From Eledone cirrhosa (lineage: Eukaryota), in assembly GCA_964016885.1 (NCBI GenBank), contig OZ024742.1:307086001-307150000 (forward strand): a stretch of DNA of 64,000 bases, written 5' to 3'. The notes beneath the pieces were generated by a model that saw only the letters and a program-made list of their open reading frames with translations, was not told the origin of the DNA and searched no databases. The translations under genes were made by a program, and so were the position numbers. Position 1 is the stretch's first letter. Each line of letters opens with the position of its first letter. Positions 52,400 to 64,000 of the stretch are shown here, in pieces.

Positions 52400-53490
52400 T
52401 CTATCCCGAAACGAAACTAAAACACTATCTTTGCATAAAATTCAAGGCCAAATAAACATAGCATTGATCTCAAAGTAACTTGGAACTCCAAGTTAAGAAG
52501 ATATATTCTCAAAGCCAAAAATATATCAGATATAAAAATAGAATAGGAAAAAGAATTAATACATAAGTAATCAAGACAAATAAGTAACACCGAACGTATA
52601 AACATTCAGAAGGTAAACAATCAAGATAGATATTACTAGTTCAATACAAAGTAAATAGCAAAACATAGTTGAACCAAAATGTAGAACATCTACAGAATAT
52701 TTGCCACCAAATCCGAACCAGAGCAACACAAACAAAATATGAATAAAAGAGAATTTGATAAAGATGTAAGAATAGAAAATTCTAGAGATGGAAATTATAA
52801 ATATGGAATAATCTGAAGCTGGGAAATAATTCTGGAATTAATAAAAAAAATAACGTCGAAGGATAAAACCTGACAATTTGAATAGAAAAAACAATTTTGA
52901 AAAACGCAAACCTGACTAACGCAGACTTATGAAAACAGACACGAAAATCAATATCACTAGGATAAACATAGAATTTATGAAGCAATCACAGTAGTTCCAA
53001 AGAAATGTAAATACTTTCTTAGCTATACTCATATGGGGATATCAAAGTCCAAAGAAATCGCGTGGAAAACAAAAATATAAAAATATAAAAATGAAGTCAC
53101 TAACGAAAACATAAACATGAGAAAAAATAGAAGATAAAAAATAATACTGAAATATAACACAAAAAAGAAGCACCAAAAATCAAAGAAAGCATGAAACAGG
53201 AAATCTTTGCTAAATCGTATAGAATCCGTCGGCATGTACATGACAACTATTCTTTTAACAAAACAACCGTCTCTAGCTCAGAAGAATGTTATCAAGAACT
53301 TAGTAACGGTAAAGCAAAAGTCAACACAGAGCCAATAACAAGAGAAGTAAAAGAATTGTGAAGAGGGGTATGGACAGTGAAAGAAGCACCACGGACAAGG
53401 TTGTTCAAAACAATAAAAAAAGCACTATCTGAACAATCGTGGATCGTGGAAGATCATATCATCCCAAGAATTAACCCAGATACTACGAAC
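52400..53490 (+). mobile_element. Decayed N-terminal fragment of an R4/Dong-like ORF
   Basis: A-rich coding-like sequence. NNRL..YQELSNGKAKVNTEPITREVKEL*RGVW at about 53262-53373 resembles the pre-RT region of R4-clade elements. Confidence 0.45.
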
Positions 53491-53520
53491 AAATCATGAT
53501 TATAATGATGATGATGATGA

Positions 53521-53568
<48 letters not shown>

Positions 53569-54202
53569 AGAAGAAGAAGAAGAAGAAGAAGAAGAAGAAG
53601 AAGAAGAAGAAGAAGAAGAAGAAGAAGAAGAAGAAGAAGAAGAAGAAGAAATGTTGCTGCAACTGGGGATAATGATAGTGGTGATGGTAATGATAACTAT
53701 GATGGTGACGACGACGATGATGATGATCATCATCATCCTGATCATCATCATCATCATCATCATCATCATGAATGTCTGCTAATAAGCCACCCAAACCCTC
53801 CTTTAAATGTAGTTAAGAAATGCGGGATTTTAAAAAAATACTAATTTTTTTCTTAGTTAGTTTGTTAATATCATCAGGTGCAAGTGAGATGTATCATGTA
53901 CCCCAACAATTCAGTTTGCTGTTTTTGTTGCACCCCAGGTCAGCTTGGAGAGAGCACACAGGCCTATAATCGAAAAAATATTCTAGCCATGACTATACCG
54001 TCTTTTCCTATGGTTTTGTCTGGAAGAGGAATTTTTTGCCCAATGAGTTCTGGTGTTTCACAGGTTCTCAGATACTAGTGATGTTCTTAACTACAATTTC
54101 TGGGTGACAGGGTGTTCCAGAATATGGACATTCTTGAAAAAAAGGCTTGGGAAAAGGGTGGTGGTGGTGGTGCTACTGCTGCAGGTGCTGGTGAGTGATC
54201 TG

Positions 54203-54273
<71 letters not shown>

Positions 54274-54453
54274 TCAAATGAGGGGGCAGTATTTCATTAT
54301 GGTTATGTGACTAAGTGCATCTAACTCGAACGGTTAAAATTATATATGCGGCTCTCCTACTGTAGTAAATATAACATTGCAATGATGTGTGTGTTTGTAC
54401 GTATTTTGTACATGTATGTGTGTGAGAGAGATAGAGTGTGTTTGTCTATCTGG

Positions 54454-54495
<42 letters not shown>

Positions 54496-54704
54496 GGTTG
54501 TGTGGGTGTGTATGCCTGTCTTTGTATGTATATATATATGTATATCTTTGTGTGTGTGTGTGTATGTCTGTCTGTGTATGCATGTATGTATGTATGTTTC
54601 TATTGGTTCGTGTTTGTGTGTGTCTGTGTCTGCGAGTCTGTGTGTCTGTGTTTGTGTGTGTGTGTGTGTGTGTTTGTCTGTGTGTTTGTCTCTGTATGTC
54701 TGTG

Positions 54705-54745
<41 letters not shown>

Positions 54746-55180
54746 GTGTGTGTGTGTGTGTGTATGTGTGTGTGTGTGCGTGCGTGCGTGTGTGCGTGTG
54801 TGTGTGCGTGTGTGTGTGCGTGTGTGCTTTATTTTTAGACAGAGAGTCATTACACAGCATACCAAAGAAACCAGCTTGAATTAAGAGGTAGATAAAAATT
54901 TTAAATAAAAATTAAAACCCAAAACAAAAAGAAAACAACTCCTTGACTTTTGCGAACATAAGACTGTGTCAGCCGAAGTTGAATATCATTTGCAGATATT
55001 GTATTTAATGGTTCCGTTTATCGGTGGTTCCTCTTCAGATTTGCCAGAAACACAACTAATCTTCTTCTCAATATATCTCGGATATTGAAGTTTTGAAATA
55101 TCAACCTTTATCAATGACGTGCTGTTTACAAAGCCATCAAAGTTGGTTTGTATATGAGTTGTATGTGTTATAGTGGTGTG

Positions 55181-55235
<55 letters not shown>

Positions 55236-56203
55236 CTTACATACATATAGGTATATATAATATATGTATATATATGTGTCTGTGTGTATATGTAATTCCA
55301 TACATATATACATATATATATATACATATTTTGTACGTATTTTGTAAATGTATGTGTGTGAGAGAGATAGAGCGTGTTTGTCTATCTGGCTGTGTATATA
55401 CAAATATATATATATATATATATATGTTTGTGTGTGTAAATATAATTCCATACATATATACATATATACATATATACATATATACATATATATATATGTA
55501 CATACACACGCATATATATATATATATACACACACACACATACACACGCATACAACAGTATATATATATATATATATATACATCACCGACAATCGTATAG
55601 ACACCCATACAACAATGTACAAACACGTATACATAACAGTGTATAGGTATAGATAGATAGATATTAGTTTTAAAATCTCAGCGTAACAGTGGTTGTAACA
55701 TTTATCATACGATTATTGTATCAGATGGCTTTTGTTTAGTTTTGTTTAGTTTATGTTTTGTTTATGCTTTGTTTTGTTTTGTGTTGTGTTGTTTTGTTGT
55801 TGTAGATTTTTTTTTGTTTTTTTTTTTTGTTTGTTGTCTTAATCGAACAATCGAACATACAAAACAAATATAAGAATTTCTGTCAAAGTTTTAAAAGGTC
55901 GACCTTCTCAGGGACTTAAATAGAAGACAGCAGTTAATTCAAAGATCGATATTTTCGCTTTCCTATTAGATATTCTGGCTACTTGAAGCATCAAAGTTGG
56001 AGGAAGAAGAGAGACTCTCCTTTTTGTCTTAAAATTTCGTCGCTTTCCTTGTCTTTACTTGTTTTCCAATAAATCAGACACGACCGTATTTATTTTAGAA
56101 TCCAAACCTTTTATTTTCACCACTTATGATGAGCTTTAACTTTTTCATTCTCTCTTAATCTTTCTTTCATTCATTCACTCACACTCACTCTCGCCTTCTG
56201 GTC

Positions 56204-56248
<45 letters not shown>

Positions 56249-56259
56249 ACTCTCTCCCA

Positions 56260-56354
<95 letters not shown>

Positions 56355-56358
56355 TATA

Positions 56359-56410
<52 letters not shown>

Positions 56411-57039
56411 TAGATATAGATATATATATAGATATAGATATATACATATACATACATAAATATACATATATATACGTATATATGTGTTTCAGTGCGTGTC
56501 TATCTAGCTATCTCTGCCACGCTCTCTGTCTCTATCTAGCTAACTATTTGTTTGTCTGTTAGCCCATCTATCTATAAAGAAATATTTATATCTATCTGTA
56601 TCTTCAGTCGGTTTTATCTTTACACTTTGATTTACGTACCCACGCTTCCTTAATTTCTTGTTTGATTTTTCTTGTCTTCTTTTTCATTCATTTATTTATT
56701 TTGTCGTCTGCTTTTCTTGGTTTATCCATTTCGGTATGTCTATCAAACGTTATCTCTAGTTCTTCCTGAATATTTGCCCATATATGTAGTCAGATATATA
56801 GATAGTTCGTTGCCTGTCTGTACACATACACACACGAGGACAAACACATAGTCACACAGACGCACACACACACACATATATACATACACACACACGCGCG
56901 CGTACCCACACAGACACACAGACTCGCACACATATACATATACACACTCACACATACATACACACGATGCAAAGCAGGTCCTCCACAGACTGTAAATGCA
57001 TTCTGATGCTAGGCTTGAAACCTAAGGTAGCGTTATAAA

Positions 57040-58365
57040 TACAACGTACACTCAAGACATTTTGAGACTTTTTCATTTCAGGCACGTTTAATTGACCTAC
57101 GTAACTGTCATTCTAATACATCCTTGATTTAAAATAAGCTATCCTTCTTTTTTCTGGTTGAAATTTCGGGCCACTACAGCACTTTAAACACTACCCGCCA
57201 TACTCGTCTTGGCATAGCTGACTCGTTCCACAATGCAGTCGGGAAGTGAGGACAATTTGGAGGCTCGATATGCAATAAGGTTTTGTGCCAAGCTAAGCAA
57301 AAACTTTTCTGAAACCTATGAAATGGCCAAAACAGCTTACGTACTAACTTTCATGGGCCGAGTGACTGTGTTCCGCTGGCACAAGAATTTCCAGGAAGGA
57401 AAGGAACAGGTGAAGGACGATGTGAGGTGTGACAGGGAGAGGGATATCAAGATGCCAAAGTTTGTCGAAAAACTTCGCAAATTTCTGAACGAGGACCGTC
57501 GTGCATCACTCTGACGATTGCTACACAATTTGAAGAAACTGAAGACACTGTGTACAGTCATTCATAATAATTTTAACGTTCGCAAAGTGTGTGCAAAGTT
57601 TGTTCCCAGGCTGTTCAATGAAGATCAAAGGCAGAAGCGTGTCGATAACAGCAGGGAGATGGTCGTGTGGATCGCTTCGAATCCACGTGTTCTTGCGTCT
57701 CTGGTAACTTGTGATGAGAGCTGGGTCTACTGTTATGATCCAAAGACCAAGAGACAAAATGCCCAGTGGAAACATTCTGACTCCCCAAGACCCAAGAAGG
57801 CCAGGCAAAGCAGGTCCACTGGGAGGCTCATAATGATTCCATTCTTCAACAGCAAGGGCATCCTCTACATCCACTGGGTGCCCCATGGCCAGACAGTCAA
57901 CAAATAGTACTATATAGATGTTTTGAGGCAATTCAGAAAGAGATTTCATCGCAAGAGACCAGAACTCTTTGTGTTTGGTCAGTGGCACCTGCACCAGGAC
58001 AATGCCCTCTGCCACAAGTCCATACTGGTAACCAACTACTTGGCCGATATGGGAATCAAGACTCTCCCTTATCCTCCCTACAGTCGAGACGTAGCACCAT
58101 GCAACTTCTGGACGTTCTCGAAACTGAAGGAGAAGCTCAGGGGTCTCCGCTTTGAGGATGTAGAGGAGAGGGAAAAGGCTGTGACAAGTGCCTTGGACAC
58201 CTTCACTTTGAAGGATTACAAAGGAGCCTTCCAAAAGTGGCTGGAGCGCTACAAGTGGATTTAACTCGAAGGATCCTACATTGAGGGAAACTAGAGTTTT
58301 GATTATCTTTCACCATACCGACGTATCTTTCGCTACCTTCAGAATTTTGTGGGGTATTGTGTGTA
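57040..58365 (+). mobile_element. Near full-length mariner (about 1.3 kb) with TA TSD and degenerate TIRs
   Basis: TA lies at 57040 and 58364, where the flanking PLE sequence breaks off. A transposase pseudogene lies inside. Confidence 0.88.
57233..58293 (+). pseudogene. Mariner transposase, disrupted
   Basis: Motifs RYAIRFCAKL, VFRWHKNF, VCAKFVPRL, LVTCDESWVYCYDP, LHQDNALCH and PPYSRDVAPCNFW are present, with several stops and a frameshift. Confidence 0.93.
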
Positions 58366-59304
58366 ATCCCTGCCGTTTACACAATAGATTTGTTATTACA
58401 TTTCTGTTGAAGAAGAGAGTTCTCTTTAATCCTACAAGAGCAGCATGGATTTATGTCGATTATATTCTTGGCAGTAATTGTGATCTCATAGACATGCCAC
58501 TTGAATAGGATATCTTGACGGAATTTCGATTGAATATTTTACTGTATCTATGTTATAGTGGGAATGTATATCTATTAAATCTAAAACCTTTAAGGGAAAA
58601 GATGAATGCAAACCAGATAATTCTTCTTTTTCTGTGGCATTTTTAGTATGGTTGTGTTAAGATTGATTCGGTATGTACATAATTTTGTCGTAAAAACCAT
58701 CTAGGAGGGTTTAGATATAATATGGCACAATCTTATCGAAGATCTCCCTGGCTGCTGATAGATCTGAGATCCTACGACTAATATTATAAACTAAGTTTTT
58801 AAAAACTGCAGTGGGGTTGCATGAGGCTTTATTAATATATTTAAAGTTGTTGTTAGGCTGTTATGGTTAGGTCTAAGTTTACACCGCGGAAATTTGCATT
58901 AGTGAGGTTTGTATCAACCGTATTTTAAGTCCTAGTGCACGAAAATTGTCAATTAAATTCATATGGAATCTATACAGCGTCTGTCCGTTACGATCATGTG
59001 CAAACGAAAGACCATCGTCTCAGCATGGACCAAAGGAGTGGTTGAGGAATTTATACTTCAGCGTATGCATAATGTTTAAACCGCTAAGATTACAAAGCTC
59101 AGCACTGTCATGAAACCCCATGAAGGCATCAGCTCTCTTCCCGATTGAGCACTGTTTTCCTTTTCCTTGAGCACTGTTTTCCTTTTCCCTTTTTCGCACC
59201 TACAGATATTTTCCACACAAACACACACATACATACATACATACATACATACATACATACATACATACATACATACATACATACATACATACATACATAC
59301 ATAC

Positions 59305-60794
59305 ATGGTCATCGGAACTCTCTGCGCAAAACAAAACAGTGGCTCACAATGTGTTTGCTGTGCCAGTCCTAACACCAACTTTTGGAATACTCAATTGGAC
59401 GATAGACGAAATCCGAACGATTGATGTTAGAACTCGAAAAATACTAAACAACACCGGAAACTTCCACATCAACAGTGATATAGACCGCCTTTACTTGAAA
59501 CGTAAGCAGGGAGGCAGAGGCCTAACATCAGTCCAGACAGCATTTGAATGTCGCATCATATCGCTCCGACAGCATCTACGAACCCAAAGCGTAGGAGCGC
59601 GTCTCTCGAGCAAGTCTATCTGCATAAACAGATAAGATCATGAGAGTTGGGAAGGAACTCCTCGAGAGGTATTCCCTGTGTGATAATCAAAAACTCACAC
59701 CCTGGGAAGTCGCTCAACAGTATCGCAGTGAATCCATGGATGAAAAACTGCATGCTTATCAGCAAAAAATCATGCCTGCATATGTTGCCAGGAAGCTCCA
59801 GAGTGAGAGTAATATAGATAAAGAAAGTAGTCTATCTTGGACCAACAACCGCTATATTGGCTCCCACTTTGAAGGATACGCTTTTGCAATCCAAGAACAG
59901 GAGATTAACACGAAATACCTGATTCACAAAAGAGATAGAGATGCAGGCAAAACACCTAGATATGATAACAAGTGTAGACTCTGCAGAATTAACATCGAAG
60001 ATGTCACCCATGTCATAAGCAGCTGTCCAAAGATGTCATCGCGGTACTATCTACCTATGAGGCATGATGTAGTGGCCAAAACACTGTAGAATGCAATCCG
60101 TAGAAAAGATAGCCCCGATAATAAAAACATTAAAAGCTACAGCAATGTGGAAGACATACATATACATAATATGAAAGAATACTGGTGGAATGTTCCAGTA
60201 AAAACCCCAATAAAATGCAGGCATAACAGACCAGATATTATGATATGGGACAGGGAAAAGAAGGCATGCACAGTAGTGGAAGTTAGCTGCCCAGCAGATG
60301 CCAATATAATATCAAAGATTAGCGAAAAGGAGAATATTTATGCAGAACTGATAGGAATCTGCAGATACTCCACCCTGATTATACCTTCAGATTTATGCCT
60401 GTGATTATTGGGGCACTGGGGTATGTTAGTAACTGCCTCAATACAAATCTTGAGAAACTGGGCTTCACAGGAACAGAAAGAACACAACTAGTTAGGAAAT
60501 TACACGTACAATCCATTAATGGAACTGTAAAAATATGTAAAACATTCCAAAAATGTTGCATCTAATAACTGCATATACACATGGACAGATACTAAGCATA
60601 TACACATGCACACATACAACTCAAAACATACACATCCACACATACAATAACATCCATATCTACACATGCAGACATACAGACATAATCTATCTAGTTGATG
60701 TTGTGTAAATTCCAATCAGAAAGTATTGTGTCTATGTTAGAAACCGACTCTCTCTCTATTGGTAAAACTTTGTGAAATTATAAAACGAGAACAA
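59305..60794 (+). mobile_element. 5'-truncated R4/Dong-like RLE non-LTR retrotransposon embedded in (CATA)n
   Basis: WSSELSAQNK..FAVPVL, DRLYLKRKQGGRGL, FAIQEQEINT, the CRLC..H..SSC Zn knuckle, RHD and the NRPDIMIWD..VVEVSCP RLE nuclease are present, with a stop at about 60565. (CATA)n lies at both ends. Confidence 0.92.
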
Positions 60795-60814
60795 CATACA
60801 TACATACATACACA

Positions 60815-60897
<83 letters not shown>

Positions 60898-60925
60898 GTA
60901 CACACACACGCACACACACACGCGC

Positions 60926-60956
<31 letters not shown>

Positions 60957-60959
60957 GAA

Positions 60960-61047
<88 letters not shown>

Positions 61048-61060
61048 ATTAACGGAAAAT

Positions 61061-61253
61061 ATATTTGGAACATGATAAGAATGATTTTCTGATGATTCTT
61101 ATTCTCTAACGATCAAATATTTACAAAATTTTATTACTCTTTAATGATCAAAAGTTTTTAAATCGTTTGATCATTGAAAGTAACAATATTTGTAAACAGT
61201 AGATCATTAAAGTCTAAGAATCATCAGAAAAGTCATTCTTATTTTTCAAATAT
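61061..61253. mobile_element. About 190-bp imperfect palindrome (MITE/hairpin element-like)
   Basis: ataagaatgattttctgatgattctta...aatgatcaaa pairs with tttgatcatt...taagaatcatcagaaaagtcattcttat around a loop of about 13 nt. Confidence 0.7.
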
Positions 61254-62657
61254 CAATGGCTGTATGTATATGTGCATGTTATTTTATATGGCCTGGCCGT
61301 TTGTTTGTATATAAGTTATATGTTACCACCCCAACTTCTGCTGCATTACATCCGAATCATAATAATTTAATATCTTATTGTAGTTATATTTACATGTGTT
61401 GTTCTTTGAGTTATTTTCCAAAACTCCTCACTACATTAATCTCTCGTTATAATTGTATTTCTATGTAGTTATTCTGATACTTGTATTGTATCAAGTATTG
61501 TACCTATTTACCTTACTCTTCCTATCTTATCTTTCACCTTCTTCACATTGCTTCTTTTTTTCTGTACCTCTAAACACCCCTTTTATTTAGTCATCATTCT
61601 CCCTTACTAATTTAGTTCTTCAGCTTCAATCTCATTCCCTCGTTTCATCACTCTCCCACAGTACACTCCACATAACAAACTTTCTGGTTCTTTTCAGAAT
61701 ATTAAAAAAAATAAGCCGTACGCAGTCCCGCACTCCTTAATTTATAATAGTTAAGATTGACTGATTTTACTGACGCAATCCATCACTAGTAAACCAAGAA
61801 GCTATTTAGAAATTATAACCATAATAAGTAATAACAAAACATGTGAAAATGTGTAAATAATTTTAAACTACTGTTATATATGGTTTCTAATAAGACATTA
61901 TTACTAACGGAGAAATTTGTTTAAATGTCCGATATATTAAGGTACAAAATTAAACACGAAATATTTTTAGCATTATTGGGCATTTTTTCTTTCTTTAACT
62001 ATAAACATATATATATATATATATACAGTCATTATCGCCTGAATTTGATCATTCTATTGCAGGCGTTAGAAAGAATATTGCCAATCAAGTAACCTTAATG
62101 TGTCATGCATGACCTTTTAATTTCACGACAATAAAATTTGAAGCGAGTGAACAGTATATCATATAATCATCTGCTAATTATTTATAGGAAATTCCGTGAA
62201 GATGGAACGGTGATACATAAGACTATTGTAGTGGTCAAGAATTTGAAAGCATTGCTATTGTTATACGTGACATTGTGTTCTTTAATTGTGGATTTATATC
62301 ATTGATTTACTGTTCTTAAATTTAAAATATATATTTCAGTTTATAATTTTAAAAAATACTTAATATTATATACGTTGATTTACTCTTCTTAATATAGGAG
62401 ATATTAAAATTTTATTTATAATATATTCATCGTTATAAAGTGGACATAAACAATTGAAACTTATATATATGTATATACTTCAAGAAGATAAGCGTATTCA
62501 ATATGCAAAGCTAATCAAGAACATAAGTTTTCCATAATGAAAGTATGTCATAATTGAGTTGGTTATCCAATATTACCAACAATGTTAAAGGGTTGCCTAT
62601 ATTTTATTGCCTTTTTTCGGAAGTCGATGAAATAAATTCCGTAAATTTTGTACACTT

Positions 62658-62707
<50 letters not shown>

Positions 62708-62729
62708 ATATTATATATATTTATATATA

Positions 62730-62877
<148 letters not shown>

Positions 62878-62891
62878 GTAGAGAAATTAAT

Positions 62892-63084
62892 TGTTTCTAC
62901 TTTTGGCACAAGGCCAGCAATTATCCAGTGCATTACTGGTACTTTATTTTATCGACCCCGTAAGGATGAAAGGCAAAGTTAACCTCGGCGGGATTTGAAC
63001 TCAGAATGGCAAGGACCGTAACTCTATACGTCAAAGCATGGCGTCCGACCCTCTACCGATACTGCCAATCCACCGCCGTTGGAT
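62892..63084 (-). mobile_element. Full-length SINE family B with 19-bp TSD
   Basis: A-box tggcagtatcgg and B-box gagttcaaatcc are present. tgaaagtagagaaattaat is duplicated at 62873-62891 and 63085-63103. Confidence 0.92.
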
Positions 63085-63745
63085 TGAAAGTAGAGAAATT
63101 AATGTGAACAAGAAGCCAACAGTATATATATATATATATATATTGTATATATTATGATTATCCGAAACCTTTCCCTTTCTTATTAGTGAAGGCACGTGGG
63201 TTAGGGGTTTGGATGTTCAGGTCACGGTCGCAATATTTTTAGACTGCCACATTTTTAGAGAATGTATTTTATCAGCATCCGCGCCCCGTAAATATTTTTT
63301 TTATATTTAACAATTTATTGTATAACCAAATATATAATTGTTCAAATTATTTTAAATAATTTGGCTAGATAATGTAAAGAACGAAACTATTGTGGTGAAA
63401 CTAACATTTCCATGTCTTTCTCTATATTACTAAGCAGCACGTTTGACACTTAATGTCTTGAAACAACATTAGGAATGCATTCTTGGAATGTACAGAACAT
63501 GACTATGAATGCATTCAATTATTGGGTCGTCAGGTATGAAATTTGTAGTGAGGCATATGGTCAACTGTTTTTATTTTTCCTCAAATTTCATTCTTGACGA
63601 TCCAATAAATATCCAAGTATTTATTTTAGTTTACTGGAAATATTCATAACGATCTGTCCACTAGTAAATATAACATTTGAATTAACAAACCCATTTTCAG
63701 CCAAATCCTTGTAGGATATTAAGTGTTATATCATTCATTTCACCT

Positions 63746-63829
<84 letters not shown>

Positions 63830-64000
63830 TATGTTTTACTTTTGTAGAACAGTACTTAATATAATGTTTGAGGTGACTTTTTCATGCTAATTTTACAGCC
63901 TACTAGTTATGTTATATGGTCTTGACTGTGTTAATTGGACGACAAGGTAATTTCAGAATCTCTCTACATTCCAGAACCACATCATGAGACTTATGACTGG

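Larger units (their letters stand above)
56965..59215 (-). mobile_element. Decayed Naiad/Chlamys-like Penelope-like element, interrupted by a mariner
   Basis: The minus strand gives DAFMGFHDSAELCNLSGL, FGPC*DDGL (the GLYRDDGL motif), NFRALGLKI, PNNNFKYINKASCNP, RKRRIIWF, KIFNRNSVKISYS and CCSCRIKE..CNNKSIV in the expected order. The left boundary is uncertain. Confidence 0.82.

Noticed and set aside
55997-56016. ttggaggaagaagagaga matching the 31-bp satellite unit
   Set aside because: A short low-complexity purine match, plausibly chance.
56995-57035. ctgatgc..gaaacctaaggta hammerhead-like motif
   Set aside because: The core A is missing and there is no stem II. The segment is better explained as PLE coding remnant on the opposite strand.
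57521-58234. 237-aa minus-strand ORF
   Set aside because: It is the antisense shadow of the mariner transposase.

Overview
Eukaryotic, AT-rich, microsatellite-saturated DNA with no confidently identifiable host gene. The SINE families and (TA)n/(CA)n/(GAA)n density suggest an octopus/cephalopod genome (inference from recalled repeats, not a search). About 45% of the window is three large tandem arrays: a TTG/GTG compound minisatellite (1-8040), a 31-bp satellite (21476-27724) and a 24-bp satellite (about 31930-46290). These produce the giant low-complexity ORFs in the track, which are probably artefacts. The rest holds decayed mobile elements: two mariner copies, two RTE-like LINE 3' ends, R4/Dong-like RLE retrotransposons (one set in a (CATA)n tract), a Neptune-like and a Naiad-like Penelope-like element (PLE), tRNA-derived SINEs and a hairpin element. 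The most notable signal is at 12.7-17.3 kb, where several different hammerhead ribozyme-bearing elements sit between (TA)n tracts. They include a non-coding 681-bp terminally redundant, retrozyme-like monomer and a small inverted-repeat element with a hammerhead on each strand.
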